A DNA stretch of 64,000 bases from a virus (IMGVR_UViG_3300013936_000025:4048-68047), one strand, 5' to 3'; positions 39,201 to 51,100 are shown, numbered from the stretch's first letter. Notes: generated from the letters alone by a model not told the origin. Translations and numbers: made by a program.

Positions 39201-42200
39201 AATGGCGATGGCAAGGTAGTTACTCTTACACAAGTAGAGAGAACAGCTGACAATGCTATCTTAAAAGAAGCTACTGACATCAGAGAGGGAAAACCTTTAT
39301 CTGGAGAGACCTCTTTCAATAGTAAAGGTGAAGGGGTAGCTTATATACTTCCTCAGCATACAGAAGCTGTTAATGATGTGATTGAGAAGTACATCAAGGG
39401 CTTGAAAAAAGATCCTAACTATTTTAGGATTCTCGCTTATACAAACAAAGCTGTGTCCAACTATAATACCCAAGTGAGAAACTTATTGGGTTATACTTCT
39501 TCTATTCCTAATATAGGAGAGCCTATGACAGGATACAATAACTGGGGCTATACTTATGATAGGAAGAAAAAGAAAGGTACCTATAGGTTCATTAACTCTG
39601 AATCCTATAAGGTAACTAAGGTAGATAAGCCAAAACAAGTTTATACAAAGCTTGACAATGGTACATCCATCTCCATGCAAGCTATCCCTATTACACTTGA
39701 GGATTCCCTGGGCAAAAAGGATACTTTCAACTTCATGGACATCAAAAACAACTCTCAGAATAGACAAGCAGCTATGCTTCTTGCAGAAGAGAAGAAAAGA
39801 TTATGGGCAGATACTAAGAAGGTGGTAGGTATGCAAGCTAAGATAGCTTTGTATCAGAAAATCAATACCATTGATTCTTTCTTATTTGTTAATGACAACA
39901 TTGAGGATAATGATCATAATCTATTGCAAGCTAAGACCATTGACTTTGGCTATGCCATGACTGTTCATAAGTCACAAGGCTCTACTTTTACCAATGTTCT
40001 CATGGATGATGTTGATATTTCAAGAGTAGGCATTACCAAGTCTAATAATATAGAAGCTGTTAACTTTGAAGCACCCGCTGAGGTTGATATGTCAAAGATG
40101 GAACTTAAGAATGAGGAGGATGTAGATCTTGGAGACCTTAGTGGTGCAGAGGAAACCCCTACCCAACAGCCTGACCAAGTAGCTAATCTTAAGCAACAAC
40201 TGGAGTATGTAGGAGTGTCTAGGGCTACAGATACCGTGACTATTATCAGCAATCATGTAAAGAAGGAAGGTTCTCCTCTGCATCCTGAGAAGACAATAAA
40301 GGAGGATAATTTACGTTCTAATAGTAAACAAGAAAACAATGAAAGCAACAATACAGGAAATGCAGAAACTTCTGCAAGGAACCAACAGACAAGCAATGGA
40401 GGATTACTTGCTGAGTCACAAGCCAGAATCAAGAGAGGAAATGGAAACCTACGAGAATCTCAGAAACAAGGAGTTCTCACTGAGGAAAACATTGACCAAA
40501 GAAACAGAGAAGACAGAGAAACTCTTGAGAAATTCGCCAAGGAACAAGGAAAATGGGCAGAGGATGTAGATACCAAGTTAGAGAAGAAATATGGTGGTAA
40601 AATAGGTCATGGAAGTGAAGCTTGGATTTATAGAAAAGACAATAACACTGTAATTAAGTCTCGTAGTTTCACTGGTTATGATACTATATCTGATGCTTTA
40701 AGGTCTATTGAATTACATAATGAACTATTCCCAGAGACTGCAATGAAAGTTGTAGGTTTTGGCAATGGGGATGGTGAGTTTTCTGTCATTGTGGAGCAAC
40801 CTTTCATTGAAGGTTCCTATGCCTCAAATGAGGAAATAGAGAAATTTATCAAGGATAGGTTTAATGCAGACAAAGACAATACTGTAATAGGTAATACTTC
40901 CTATAAAACAGACAAGTATCTTCTACAGGACTTGAAACCACAGAATGTGATAGTAAGGATTGTAGATGGAAAAAGACAATTAAATGTCATTGATGGAGAC
41001 TTCTATGATAATCCATCAGCAATTAAGGGAACTGAACCTTCTGAAACACAGAGGGTATCTCTTCCAAGTTATGAATACTTTAACGACCTCTATGAGGACA
41101 CACCAGTAGATGCAGCTTGGAAGATACCTTATCTCAAGGAACTTGATGCTCAACTATCTGGTGAGAAATCTGAAGAGGAAAATCAAAACATTCTCAATCA
41201 AATGAACACAGTACTTGAAGCAACAAGCAAGGAGGAATACTCACAGAAAGTGATGGAATCAAAGGTTAATAAGGTAGACAAGACTCTTGATGAGTATGAC
41301 AAGTTCACCAAGCAGTTGGACAACCTTATGGGTGAGCAGATGATTTATACTGATACTGAATCTGCTACCCTTGATGAACTTGATGTTCCACACTTGGAGG
41401 CAACGGAGATTCGTCATATAGGTGAGCTTATTGGTAATGCAATCTCTGATATGATTACAGACCTTCAGAAAGAGAAAGGTCTTGCTGAGAAATGGTTCCC
41501 TGCCATCAAAACAAGAATTGACTTTCAAACAGCATCTAGAAAGAAGATTGTAGAGGCATTGGGTATCAACAATCTTGTGACTAGAGCTAGGGAGATGTTT
41601 AACTCTGAGGTTGTGTCTTGGGATGATATTAACCATTCATTCCAAATGGACTTAATCTATGACAACTGGGATGCTATGATGTCACTTGCTGCTGATACCT
41701 TTGCCTTCAATGAGGGCTTTGGAATCACCAAGGACTATGGTGATGGTCATTTTACCACCACAGACACTGCCAAGGTAGACTGGAACAACTTCAATGATTA
41801 TTCCAATGACCCTGATGTAGTTGGTGAGGAAGGAGGAAAGGATGACCAAGAGCATTGGCAGATAGAGCAAAGAACCATTGACATCCTTAACTCAATGAGT
41901 GCTTTGGTAAGACAGGGACTTCATGAGTGTTATCTCTTGGATAAGGATGGTAACAAGGAAATCAGCAAGTGGGGTATTCCAGAGAGGGTCAACCCTAGGG
42001 AAGCCACCAACAGCATCCTTAGATGGACACAGGGTACATTGTCACTTGATGATATGATAAAGAAGCTGTCTGACAAGCAGAAGAGCAATACTTGGTTATC
42101 CCAGCTTATCACAAGACTTAGTGACAAGAGTGGTAAAGAGACTGACTTCCAAAGTCAATTCTATGGTGTGTTCCAGAAGCACTTCCAACTTTACTCCATT

Positions 42201-45200
42201 ATTAGGTTTGAGGATGGAAAGTACAGTAGCATGACTGTGAATAGTCATCCTGCCCTTACAGATGTAATGAATACCATCACCTCTCAGTTTAAAATGGGCG
42301 AGCATCCTCTCTTTGGTAAGGAAGGTAAGATTAATGCAAAGTTATTGGGAAATGATGAAAATACTGTAGGAAAGAATGCAGCATTCAATCTCCACAAGGC
42401 TTATGCTGAGGTGAGTGAGGTAAACAAGTCTCTACAAAAAGGCAATGCCCTTGATGAGGAAATGAGTAAAACTATCTCAGATAACATTACCAAGATAGGC
42501 AATGTCCTTGGGTTCAAGATAGATAAGAATATGCTTTCTGATGTCATTAATAAAGAGAATATCAAAAAGTGGTCTGATGCTCTTAGATACTTGACTACAG
42601 ACTTGGACAAGGTATTTGCCAAGCAAAGAAAGGGAGAACTAAAAAGCTATGACCCTTTCAAGTTTGGAGGAGACAATAACATTGGTGGTACACTGAGAAA
42701 CTTCCTTACCCCTATCACTAACAAGTTGGAAGATACTGCAATAAATGCCTTCTATGACAGTGGCAAGATGTATCAATCCTATGTCACTCCTTCCTTTATG
42801 ACCAAGCTCTTCAATAAGTTCCATCAGGAAGGCAAGGCTTTCGAGGACTTCATTATGAATGAGTATGGTTCCTCAGAGTGGTTTAGGTTCAATCCTGAGA
42901 ATCCTGAGATTAATAGAGGTTGGAGAAATGATTGGCTTAAGAAACTTGCTACAGATGAGAATGCCAGAAAGGTGTTTGACCATAAGGTAGAGCTTAACTT
43001 CAACAAGCATAACTATATGAGAAACATGAGTGATACTGAGTATACATTGTCTCTTATCACAGAGTATTTCTCAGAAAGTGCCAAGAGAGAAGACCAAACT
43101 CCATCATGGTACAGGGTGCCTATGCAGTCCAACAAACCTTCATCAGAGTTCATTAAGTTCTATTCTTACAGAGGAAGTGAATACAAGCAACATATTACTA
43201 ATAGACTGTATGGTATATTCTTGCAGGAACTCAGTAGAATACAGACTGTAAGGATGAGAAATATGTCCAAGAAGGATGCAGGGTTTATCAAGAACTTTGA
43301 TACCAATGGACGTAAGTTCAATTTCCTTCCTGTATTGAATGCCTACTTGGAGAATGATGCCCTGTCCATAACAAGAAGGAATATCCTTAGAAATGAGGAT
43401 GATACCCTTTCTTATGACAATGCTAGGTTTGCATCTCTCCTACAGAAGAAACTGAATGGTGAGGAAGAACTTACTTCAGATGAGGAAACTCTTCTTAGTA
43501 ATCTTGCAAACAGAGTTATCAAACAGAGCATGGAAAACAGAGTGCAGTCTATCCTTGATTCTTGGGAAAACAATGGTATTCTTGATGCTGCAAAGAACAT
43601 CAAGGACATCTATCCTTCTGAACTTAGTGATGAGGATGCAAGTTCATGGACTAGAGAACAGGTGGAGAACTTCCTTTGGAATGATGCACTTGCCTCAAAG
43701 AACATCTTGCAGCTTACCTTGTCAGATATATCTTTCTATAAGGACACTGAGGACTTGCAAAAGAGATTGGCACAGCTTCATGCCCCTGGTGTAAGAGGTA
43801 ACATATTTGCTACAGACTATGATGGTAACAGAGTATCTGATGGTAAGTACAGAACCTTTATCTTGCAGGATTTTGATAGCTTTAAGTCCAGCATCATTGC
43901 CAATATCAGTGAGGTATTTGACAGGAAGATAACCAATGCCCCAGAACAAGACAAACCTGCAATGATTGCTTTGAAAGAATCTCTTGTAGGTAAGGATGGA
44001 AAGTACACCAAGATTAATGTCACTGATGCACAGGGATATTCCTCTCCTTCCTCTTACAGAAAGAAAGCTCTTATCTTTGGTAAGTGGTCAAAGGAGGCTG
44101 AAGGCATCTATCAGAAGTTGTTGAAGGGTGAGTATACCTATACTGACCTAGAGACAGCCTTCCAGCCTTTGAAGCCATTTGTCTACTCAAAGCTTACCAA
44201 GGACATGGGTGTTGAGGATGCTCCTATCCACAGTATGCAAGTGCCTTTCCAAGCCAAGAATGCCGAGTATCTCCTTATTATGGCTGATGCTATCCTCAAG
44301 GGAGAGAGTCTTTCTAGACCTAACTTATTGAGAGCAGTATATAGAGTAATGGAGGATTCCGAGAAGCTGATGCCTACCAAGGGTATTGACACTGTTCAGT
44401 TTGAGTCTTCCATTAAGTCTGGTCTTCAAGGTAAGATGAACATTCATCAATTCAGAGAGATGCAAGGTGGTGAGGAAGCTGCATATACCTTTATGAAGAA
44501 CCAAATCTTCAAGGAGGAATATGATCAAACCACAGGTGAGAGGCTATACAGGGACTATAACACTGATACCTTTGTACATGAGGCTTCCTATGATGACTAT
44601 TGCTTGCAGCAGGAGGTTCCTGAGCACTTCAAGGAGCATTCACAAGCCCATGGCTCTCAGATAAGAATGATTACTCCTTCTGACCTTGACCTCTATACCA
44701 CTGATGAGAAGGGAAACCAAGTAGACAACTACTATGAGTGGACAGAACCTAATGGTATTAAGAGAAGAGTCAAGGCTGATGAGTTCAGAAAAGAATATGA
44801 GCAAACCATTGCAGATAATATTAAGGAGAGTATCAGCAATCTTGAAAAGGAACTTCACTTCAACAGTGAGGATAAGAGGGAGAGAAACATAGCTCTCTCT
44901 AAGATCCTACAGAAGGAAATCCTCTCCTCTCCTAGATATGGCATTGACCTAGCACAGGCTTGTGCCATTGACAAGGAGACTGGTGAGTTCAGAATACCTA
45001 AGGGAGACCCTATACAGGCTAAGAGAATAGAGCAACTTATCAATTCCATCCTTAAGAACAGGGTTAACAAGCAGAAGATTGCAGGAGGTCCTATTGTACA
45101 GGTATCTAACTTTGGTATTTCAAAGCAACTTCATATTAGGTTCAATGACAGACAAGGCAACTTGATGCCTATGGAAGAAGAATATAATCCTTCAAAACAT

Positions 45201-48125
45201 AATGGTCAATCCTATAAGGACTACATAAAGGAACACCAAGGAGGTATTGCTTACTTTGAGGTGTTTGTCCCTATCTGGCATAATGAACTCTTTGATAAGT
45301 TTGCTAATCCTGATGGTACCATCAATGTGGATGCTATCAATGCTGTAGACCCTGAGCTTCTCAAGATGGTAAGTTACCGTATTCCTACAGAGGATAAGTA
45401 CTCTTGTGCTCCTATGAAGGTTGTTGGTTTCATGCCTAGGGAAGCTGGTGATGCCATCATGCTTCCTTATGAGCTTACTGAGATTGATGACTCTGACTTT
45501 GATGTTGACAAGAGATATGTCATGCGCAAGGACATTCCTATAAAGGAAAAGAATAGTGATGACTATGTTGATGAATTGGAGGAAAGAGGAAAGCAACTCT
45601 ATAAGTCTATCTTGAAGGAAGAGCCTGCCAGTGGTTATGTAGAGAGAACTGTTGATGAATTGCTTAGAAACCCTAAGAAGTTCAATACTGATAGTCCTTT
45701 CAGAAGGGCACTCTATGCAGAGCGTCAGAACCTTGCTTATTATACTGATACTCCTGTTGCAGGAAGAAGGTATAGAGATAACAAGATTATTGATATGACT
45801 TATGCAGTGCTTACCAACCAAATGACAGCAGACAAGATTCTTAACCCTGGCGGTTTTGATGCTCCTAAGAAGATGGGATATATGGTAGCTGCCTATAAGA
45901 ATCCTGCCAACAAAGGTATCTCTTGGGATGCTCTTGAGGGTATGTCCATTGATGAGTTGAAGAATCTATCCTATACTGATAAGGACTTGACTTTTGCTGA
46001 TACACAGGTTCAGTTCTATAAGCAGAATAGTGCAGCAGCTTCATTAATTGGTGTTTTTGCAGTCAACAAGGTAGCTCATGCTACTCTTGAGGGTAATGAC
46101 ATTCTCCTTGATGTATCTGAGATATGTGGAGATACACCTTTTACTATTGCAGTAAATCTTAAGAAAGATTCAAAAACAGGTAAGAGTCATATCATAGGAG
46201 GAACTACTTTTGAAGGTAGAATGCAGATAGACCAAAAGTATGACCAAGAAGGTACATTGATTGGTAAGACATTAGGTTCATTGGTATCAGCATCAGCAGA
46301 TGCAGTGAAAGACCCTATATTGAACTTGATGAACATTAACATGACTACAGCTGGTATGCTTAATACTATGCTTAGACTTGGAATGCCATTTAATGATGCA
46401 GCTCTCTTCCTGTCACAGGATGTAATAGAAAGATTGCTTGGTCAGTTCAATAGAGAGAATCTTGTAAGTTATGCTCCTTTGAATGGTATTATTGAGGATT
46501 GGCTTGATAAGTATAGAGCAAAGTATGACATTACAGACAGTTCTACTATCAATACTGAGGCTCTTACCAAGGAAGAACTCATTGAAGGTCTTACTACTGA
46601 TGAGCATGAGGCTATTGATTACAAGGTACTTCTTGCATTTCAAAAGCTAAGAGCACTCACTGACGCAATGAGAAATCCTACATACATCACTAGATTCAAC
46701 TCTATATCCAGTGCAGTGGGACCACTCATCATAGACAATCTCATTATGGAACATAAGATGGAACAATTCCTTGATGTCAATGCAGAGGATGGCACTCACT
46801 TCTATACCTCTGATGGTACTCCTGTGGATGCAAAGACCATCTTTGACAACCATCCTATCTTGCAACAGTTCTCTAGGACTGTAGGCATTGCAAAGTCCAT
46901 GTTCTCGGACATGCCAGCAGGCAGCAAGGGGTTCAGGGATTTGCTTGCAAACCTTCCTGTAGATATTGCCAACAAGATGTATGCTGATAAGAAGTTGTTG
47001 GATAGTTTCTCTAACTTCTATCAGTCATATCTTCTCATACAGTCTGGTGTAGTTGACCCTAAGCACTTGCATGACTTTGTAAAGGTGTTCCCTACATGGT
47101 ATTCAAATCATATCAAGGATAAAGACCATCAAGACAATGCCTTAGTACAAGCTATCAGGGTCAATGTTTCCAAGAAGACTGGAAGACCATACTTGCAGAT
47201 TAATATCACAGGCATGGATGAACAGCAGAAAGAGATGTTGAGAAGTGCTTGGACAGACCTTTATAAAAAAGGTAAGAGTGGCAAGCAATTAGCCACTTGG
47301 CTCTTTGAGTATAGTTTCTTCAGAGCTGGAATTGGGTTCTCCCCTAAGACCTTCATGGCATTGGTTCCATCCTATGTCAAGCAACATCTTAAGAATGAGA
47401 ATACAGGAGCCACCTATCTTGATACCTATAGAAACTTTCCTGAGGTAGTACCTGACATGGTGATAGACCAGTTTATCAGAAACAACTGGGATAACAACAA
47501 GTTGGTGCCTTGGAAAGGTGGAAAGGATTCCCATTATAACATAGACGTAAAGCATGGATTGCTTACTGTCTATAGAGAGGAAGAGAAGGCTGCTCTTGGT
47601 GATACCTCCTATATCAAGACAAAGGTAGGCAAGGAAACTTATCTTTGGAAGAGGGAAGAAGGCAATAATGTCAATGGTAACATTGTATTTAAGCCTATCA
47701 AGCCTCTTGGTAACAATGGTGAGTATCTTGAGATGAATACCTCTTGGATTGACAAACCTTTGTATGATACACTGAGTGAAGAGTCCAAACCTACTGATGA
47801 AAAGACTGATACCACAGATGTTCAACAAGAGGCATCTGAGTTGAAGACTGAAAGTCCTCAGGAGACCTCTACTGAGGAAATTCCAAATACCTCATTGGTC
47901 AGCAAGACTGAGAAAGTAAAGAATCTATCTTCTTTTGCAGACTTGGTAATGGGTCAAAATGCCTCTGTAGGAAAGGACATTTCAAAGGAAGAAGCACTCA
48001 AGAGGTCTGAGAAAATGAAGAGCAATCCTGAGCTATATGGAAAGTTCTTCCAAAATGTGTTCAAACAAAAAGGTTTGGACTTGAGTGTAGAAGAAGCTAT
48101 TGAAGAATTTAAAAAGTATTGTTAA
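36294..48125 (+). CDS. Giant polyvalent virion RNA polymerase, 3943 aa (zincin + ART-like + SF1 helicase + kinase-like + two-barrel RNAP)
   Basis: HEVIH at 36984; VVYHGS...FNPNQVKS; GYAGTGKT/DEASM/GDEAQL/TVHKSQG/VSRA; GHGSEA/DLKPQN/IDGD; RIP and DSDFDVD (45495-45509) catalytic motif. Confidence 0.88.
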   Translation: MGCVNKASKEFKDLAARHDLAANQLELYTHKYWLQTGNETLFPTDVYIQAQMGNTHYQESGENVRRLWQMRYNSPIECGNIHVLNAAKREASKYFPKGALFSYRNANGDLVLSVQRPVEKANYSKDSFFDDMDSMNPKDVKTYNLGIKENYSYGIGKVQELFNKFNTDRTSRDLADRVFNIAKNLGLNITFNESLPFGTIGNTKNNNTITYKKSFFERATMDSKKAPILLHEVIHALSMYALSNQTLNWKRPKELQQFRTEINSLYQDLKNNPILKGERGIVDVNEFVAELGNPVFRNKIKELDKQNKEKKSFWSRVLDAFKSLLGLHTSNSYYQRSMNALDKALDAFDLDTYMRYNGIKNTLRKGYNEKEWDFRTLSDDKLKTKINDYFDSKVYDDELLSFKRRAIANGTFMKAPNGKSTNLNERQWLQVRTKAFKNWFGDWENDPKNASKVVDENGEPLVVYHGSPKQFSIFDKSKNKKGQWQNVDGSLIDFDTNNTFFFSDNKAVAKSYSFLNKLTGKEISNSGINTINKYLESIKYLNNLTINDNIEKYTNTIEDAIKDIGTYRDTTIYKALKKENINGTLTIVNGKLVLKSNFLEGFKYQVLPDRFFEDAINSIKTVLDKRIKSYSKPRTDWDGTPIPVVDLNKNVYAVFLNIRNPFAYNYKGANINGKYKEKYPIEYINARQVAKAIKEGNDGVIYNNISDPYLANNYGIFNPNQVKSATDNIGTFYTDNNEIYNYELSKDLIYSLSGKDLKDELSLIKQESADYDLVNHIEEEKKHSGKAIPHDFTFNDGTVVKAPFMPNAQQIDALNAMSDFIKSRETSMTLSGYAGTGKTSLMEMIAKKCQKQNKPVMFCATTNKAAAVLNERVSKAGFKAETLNKVFGISVEIDPNSKTYNARNLVNNLKDIDILPNTTIIIDEASMINEENYRILNDIARNKGLKIIYVGDEAQLAPVNEEQISKVFRNGDGKVVTLTQVERTADNAILKEATDIREGKPLSGETSFNSKGEGVAYILPQHTEAVNDVIEKYIKGLKKDPNYFRILAYTNKAVSNYNTQVRNLLGYTSSIPNIGEPMTGYNNWGYTYDRKKKKGTYRFINSESYKVTKVDKPKQVYTKLDNGTSISMQAIPITLEDSLGKKDTFNFMDIKNNSQNRQAAMLLAEEKKRLWADTKKVVGMQAKIALYQKINTIDSFLFVNDNIEDNDHNLLQAKTIDFGYAMTVHKSQGSTFTNVLMDDVDISRVGITKSNNIEAVNFEAPAEVDMSKMELKNEEDVDLGDLSGAEETPTQQPDQVANLKQQLEYVGVSRATDTVTIISNHVKKEGSPLHPEKTIKEDNLRSNSKQENNESNNTGNAETSARNQQTSNGGLLAESQARIKRGNGNLRESQKQGVLTEENIDQRNREDRETLEKFAKEQGKWAEDVDTKLEKKYGGKIGHGSEAWIYRKDNNTVIKSRSFTGYDTISDALRSIELHNELFPETAMKVVGFGNGDGEFSVIVEQPFIEGSYASNEEIEKFIKDRFNADKDNTVIGNTSYKTDKYLLQDLKPQNVIVRIVDGKRQLNVIDGDFYDNPSAIKGTEPSETQRVSLPSYEYFNDLYEDTPVDAAWKIPYLKELDAQLSGEKSEEENQNILNQMNTVLEATSKEEYSQKVMESKVNKVDKTLDEYDKFTKQLDNLMGEQMIYTDTESATLDELDVPHLEATEIRHIGELIGNAISDMITDLQKEKGLAEKWFPAIKTRIDFQTASRKKIVEALGINNLVTRAREMFNSEVVSWDDINHSFQMDLIYDNWDAMMSLAADTFAFNEGFGITKDYGDGHFTTTDTAKVDWNNFNDYSNDPDVVGEEGGKDDQEHWQIEQRTIDILNSMSALVRQGLHECYLLDKDGNKEISKWGIPERVNPREATNSILRWTQGTLSLDDMIKKLSDKQKSNTWLSQLITRLSDKSGKETDFQSQFYGVFQKHFQLYSIIRFEDGKYSSMTVNSHPALTDVMNTITSQFKMGEHPLFGKEGKINAKLLGNDENTVGKNAAFNLHKAYAEVSEVNKSLQKGNALDEEMSKTISDNITKIGNVLGFKIDKNMLSDVINKENIKKWSDALRYLTTDLDKVFAKQRKGELKSYDPFKFGGDNNIGGTLRNFLTPITNKLEDTAINAFYDSGKMYQSYVTPSFMTKLFNKFHQEGKAFEDFIMNEYGSSEWFRFNPENPEINRGWRNDWLKKLATDENARKVFDHKVELNFNKHNYMRNMSDTEYTLSLITEYFSESAKREDQTPSWYRVPMQSNKPSSEFIKFYSYRGSEYKQHITNRLYGIFLQELSRIQTVRMRNMSKKDAGFIKNFDTNGRKFNFLPVLNAYLENDALSITRRNILRNEDDTLSYDNARFASLLQKKLNGEEELTSDEETLLSNLANRVIKQSMENRVQSILDSWENNGILDAAKNIKDIYPSELSDEDASSWTREQVENFLWNDALASKNILQLTLSDISFYKDTEDLQKRLAQLHAPGVRGNIFATDYDGNRVSDGKYRTFILQDFDSFKSSIIANISEVFDRKITNAPEQDKPAMIALKESLVGKDGKYTKINVTDAQGYSSPSSYRKKALIFGKWSKEAEGIYQKLLKGEYTYTDLETAFQPLKPFVYSKLTKDMGVEDAPIHSMQVPFQAKNAEYLLIMADAILKGESLSRPNLLRAVYRVMEDSEKLMPTKGIDTVQFESSIKSGLQGKMNIHQFREMQGGEEAAYTFMKNQIFKEEYDQTTGERLYRDYNTDTFVHEASYDDYCLQQEVPEHFKEHSQAHGSQIRMITPSDLDLYTTDEKGNQVDNYYEWTEPNGIKRRVKADEFRKEYEQTIADNIKESISNLEKELHFNSEDKRERNIALSKILQKEILSSPRYGIDLAQACAIDKETGEFRIPKGDPIQAKRIEQLINSILKNRVNKQKIAGGPIVQVSNFGISKQLHIRFNDRQGNLMPMEEEYNPSKHNGQSYKDYIKEHQGGIAYFEVFVPIWHNELFDKFANPDGTINVDAINAVDPELLKMVSYRIPTEDKYSCAPMKVVGFMPREAGDAIMLPYELTEIDDSDFDVDKRYVMRKDIPIKEKNSDDYVDELEERGKQLYKSILKEEPASGYVERTVDELLRNPKKFNTDSPFRRALYAERQNLAYYTDTPVAGRRYRDNKIIDMTYAVLTNQMTADKILNPGGFDAPKKMGYMVAAYKNPANKGISWDALEGMSIDELKNLSYTDKDLTFADTQVQFYKQNSAAASLIGVFAVNKVAHATLEGNDILLDVSEICGDTPFTIAVNLKKDSKTGKSHIIGGTTFEGRMQIDQKYDQEGTLIGKTLGSLVSASADAVKDPILNLMNINMTTAGMLNTMLRLGMPFNDAALFLSQDVIERLLGQFNRENLVSYAPLNGIIEDWLDKYRAKYDITDSSTINTEALTKEELIEGLTTDEHEAIDYKVLLAFQKLRALTDAMRNPTYITRFNSISSAVGPLIIDNLIMEHKMEQFLDVNAEDGTHFYTSDGTPVDAKTIFDNHPILQQFSRTVGIAKSMFSDMPAGSKGFRDLLANLPVDIANKMYADKKLLDSFSNFYQSYLLIQSGVVDPKHLHDFVKVFPTWYSNHIKDKDHQDNALVQAIRVNVSKKTGRPYLQINITGMDEQQKEMLRSAWTDLYKKGKSGKQLATWLFEYSFFRAGIGFSPKTFMALVPSYVKQHLKNENTGATYLDTYRNFPEVVPDMVIDQFIRNNWDNNKLVPWKGGKDSHYNIDVKHGLLTVYREEEKAALGDTSYIKTKVGKETYLWKREEGNNVNGNIVFKPIKPLGNNGEYLEMNTSWIDKPLYDTLSEESKPTDEKTDTTDVQQEASELKTESPQETSTEEIPNTSLVSKTEKVKNLSSFADLVMGQNASVGKDISKEEALKRSEKMKSNPELYGKFFQNVFKQKGLDLSVEEAIEEFKKYC

Positions 48126-48127
48126 GT

Positions 48128-51100
48128 ATGAGTAAAGACACATGTAAATTATATCCAGAAGTAACCACCCCCAAAGGAGGGGTGGAAGCTTCTAGATTAT
48201 ATAAGGATTTATTGAACAAGGATAAGTTTGACTATCCAAGACCATTTGTGAACATGGTATATGCCAACTATATAGTTTCAAACATCGAGGCTAAGATGGA
48301 GGCTGAGAAGAATGCAGATGGTACGCCAAAGTATCAAAGAAATAGACAGGGGCAATTCAGTGCCAAGGATGTAGTGGAATACCTTGACTTGAATAAAGTC
48401 TTTGGTGAGATTAACACCATGTCTGATGAGGAAAGGAGAATAGGCTCAGTAGATTCAAATGGAAACAAGGTTGATTACACCAATGCAGAGGAAGCCTTGA
48501 AAAAGATAGTTGATTTCAACAATACCCATAAAGGATTGGTTGCATATCTTATTCCTCATGGTGAGGTTTACAACATCAATGTATACACTAAGGATTCCAG
48601 AACTATCACCATGTCTACAACTATGCAGAACATGCTTGATACTTGGAATAGAAGAAAGCAAGTGTTTGAAGAGGCAGGTGTAGACATTACAAAGATGCCA
48701 GAGGAGCTTAACAGTATCTTTAATGCCAGCAATACTTTCCTAGACCAATATCTTAAGAATCTCACAAGTCAAAAGAATGGAGATTTCTATAAGAAAGATG
48801 CAATGGCATTGCTTTACATTGACAAGGATTCTGATGAAGTGCAGAGGCTAGTGAAGAAGTTTGGCTCCATAGAGGAAGCTGCCCTAGCCCTTGATGATTT
48901 CAATCATGGAAACATAACCTTACCTAGCAATGAGCAACATCTATTGCAGATGGCTTTAAACCATGCCAAGAAATTGCATGGTATAGATATAGATGCTTTG
49001 GTAGATGAAATGAACAAAATGACCAAATCAAGTCTTAAAAGTCCAGAGTGGAAGATTAAGCATGAGATTATAAGGGAAAACAAGAAATGGGGAATTGACA
49101 AGTTGGAGATTAACAGAATCAATAATGAAATCAAGTTCCTTTCCCAAGCAAATGCAGAGGCTGCTGTACAGATTGACAGGAGAATCAAGGAACTCTACAA
49201 GGAAAAAGGTACCAATGAGGAAGGCAGGCAATTGGAAAGTGTACTTAACAAGCTTATGAATGAGCTTAATACCAATCACTACTATACAGGTATCATTGAT
49301 TTCCTGAACATTGCAGGAGAGGATGCCTCTAAGCTAGACAAACTTTTGGAAAGTGTTCCTCAGGATGGGGATGAGAGAACTAGGATATTTAATACTATCA
49401 AGACATTACAGGATGCTAAGAAAGTTATTAACCAATATAAGTATATAGTGAAAGCTCTTGCATCAGATGGAATAACAGTCGATGAAGCTGTTACCATGGA
49501 AAACATTAAGAATATCAAGGATAAGGCAGAGAAACTCTCAAAGTTCTTTGCTAAGAAAGAAGGGGTCATAAAAGATCAAACCAAGACTATATTGCATGAT
49601 TTCTTTGTAATGGCTACTGATGGAAAAATGAGTGAAGGTGAAATCCATAGCATTCTTGAGAAGGAAGTGATGGAAGCTGGATGGACAGATAGGTGGCTAA
49701 ACAGTGTAGGTACTGCGAAAAATACATTCATTGCAGCAGCAGGAACCATTATGCGTAATCAAGAAATCCAAAGAGACCAAGCAAACACTGCCATCAAGCA
49801 TCAGATAAACAGGGCAAACTATAAACTTACCAAAGCAGGATACAATACTAGGTTCATGTATGAGGATGAACAACATATTGTTAGTAACATCAATTGGAAA
49901 GCCTATGATGCAGCCAAGGAAAAACAACAAAAGAAACTGACAAGACAAGGATATAGAGGCTTTGACTTCAAGCAGCAAATGGAAGACTGGGAAGCAGCCA
50001 ATACAGAGGAGAGACTTGTTGATAAGAAGAATGGCAGAAAGGAAAGAGTTCCTAATAAGAACTATAGAAAGATTGAGGATTTCCAGAAAGGATGGTCAAA
50101 GGAACAGAAAGAATACTATGATACCATGATGGAACTAAAGGGTGAGCTTGAAACCTTATATCCAGAGAAAGGAAGAAACTATTACCTACCTCCACAGGTA
50201 AGGAGAAACATGGTGGATGCCATTACAGATTCCACTAAGGAAGGAAATGTAAAAGGTATAGGTAAAGCTCTGAAAGATAAGTTAAAGAACTTTTATACCA
50301 TCAGGGAAGATGATACTGACTATGCAGAGAATGGCATGGTGAATGGTGAGGAGGTAACCTTTGGTGATGGTAATTATGATAATACTGAAAAGAAAGAGAT
50401 TCCTATATTCTTTCAGAAACCTGTTGAGAAGGGAGAACTATTACTTGATTTCTCCTCTGGCATGTCAAGACTTGCAGGTTCTGCCATAAACTATGATGCA
50501 ATGAATAGCATAAGGGATGTCATGGAGTTCATGAGAGATTATGCTGATGAGAAGAAAGCACCAGCAAACAAAACACAAGTAGTGGACAATGGCATGATAA
50601 GAGTAACCAAGGATTTATACAAGATAGCAAAGAAAAATGGTGTAGCAGAAATATTGAATGGATTCATAGACAGTCATATATATGGTATCAAGCAATTTGA
50701 TGAGAAAATGCCAAAGGGACTTGTGAAAGCACTTGATTCCATTAGGAACTATACTTCATTGAAAGGATTGATGTTCAATGCTCCTGGTGCCATGGCTAAT
50801 GCCCTCACTGGTGTACAACAGATATTCATTGATGCAGGCAGTGGTGAGTTCTTTGGTGGAAAGGACTTGATATGGGCAACAGGAAAGCTCTTTGGTGACG
50901 CAGGTCTAAAGGGGGAAGCCATGGAGATTCTATCCAATAATGCAAGTCATAAGGCAAAGCTTCTTAGGGATTTGTTTGACCCTATGCAAGAGAACTTTGA
51001 GAATGACAAGAACAAAAGGTATCACAGTTCAATGTTCAGACAACTTATCTCAAAGGATTGTTCCTTCATTGGCTATGGTGCTGGTGAGTGGGCAATACAC

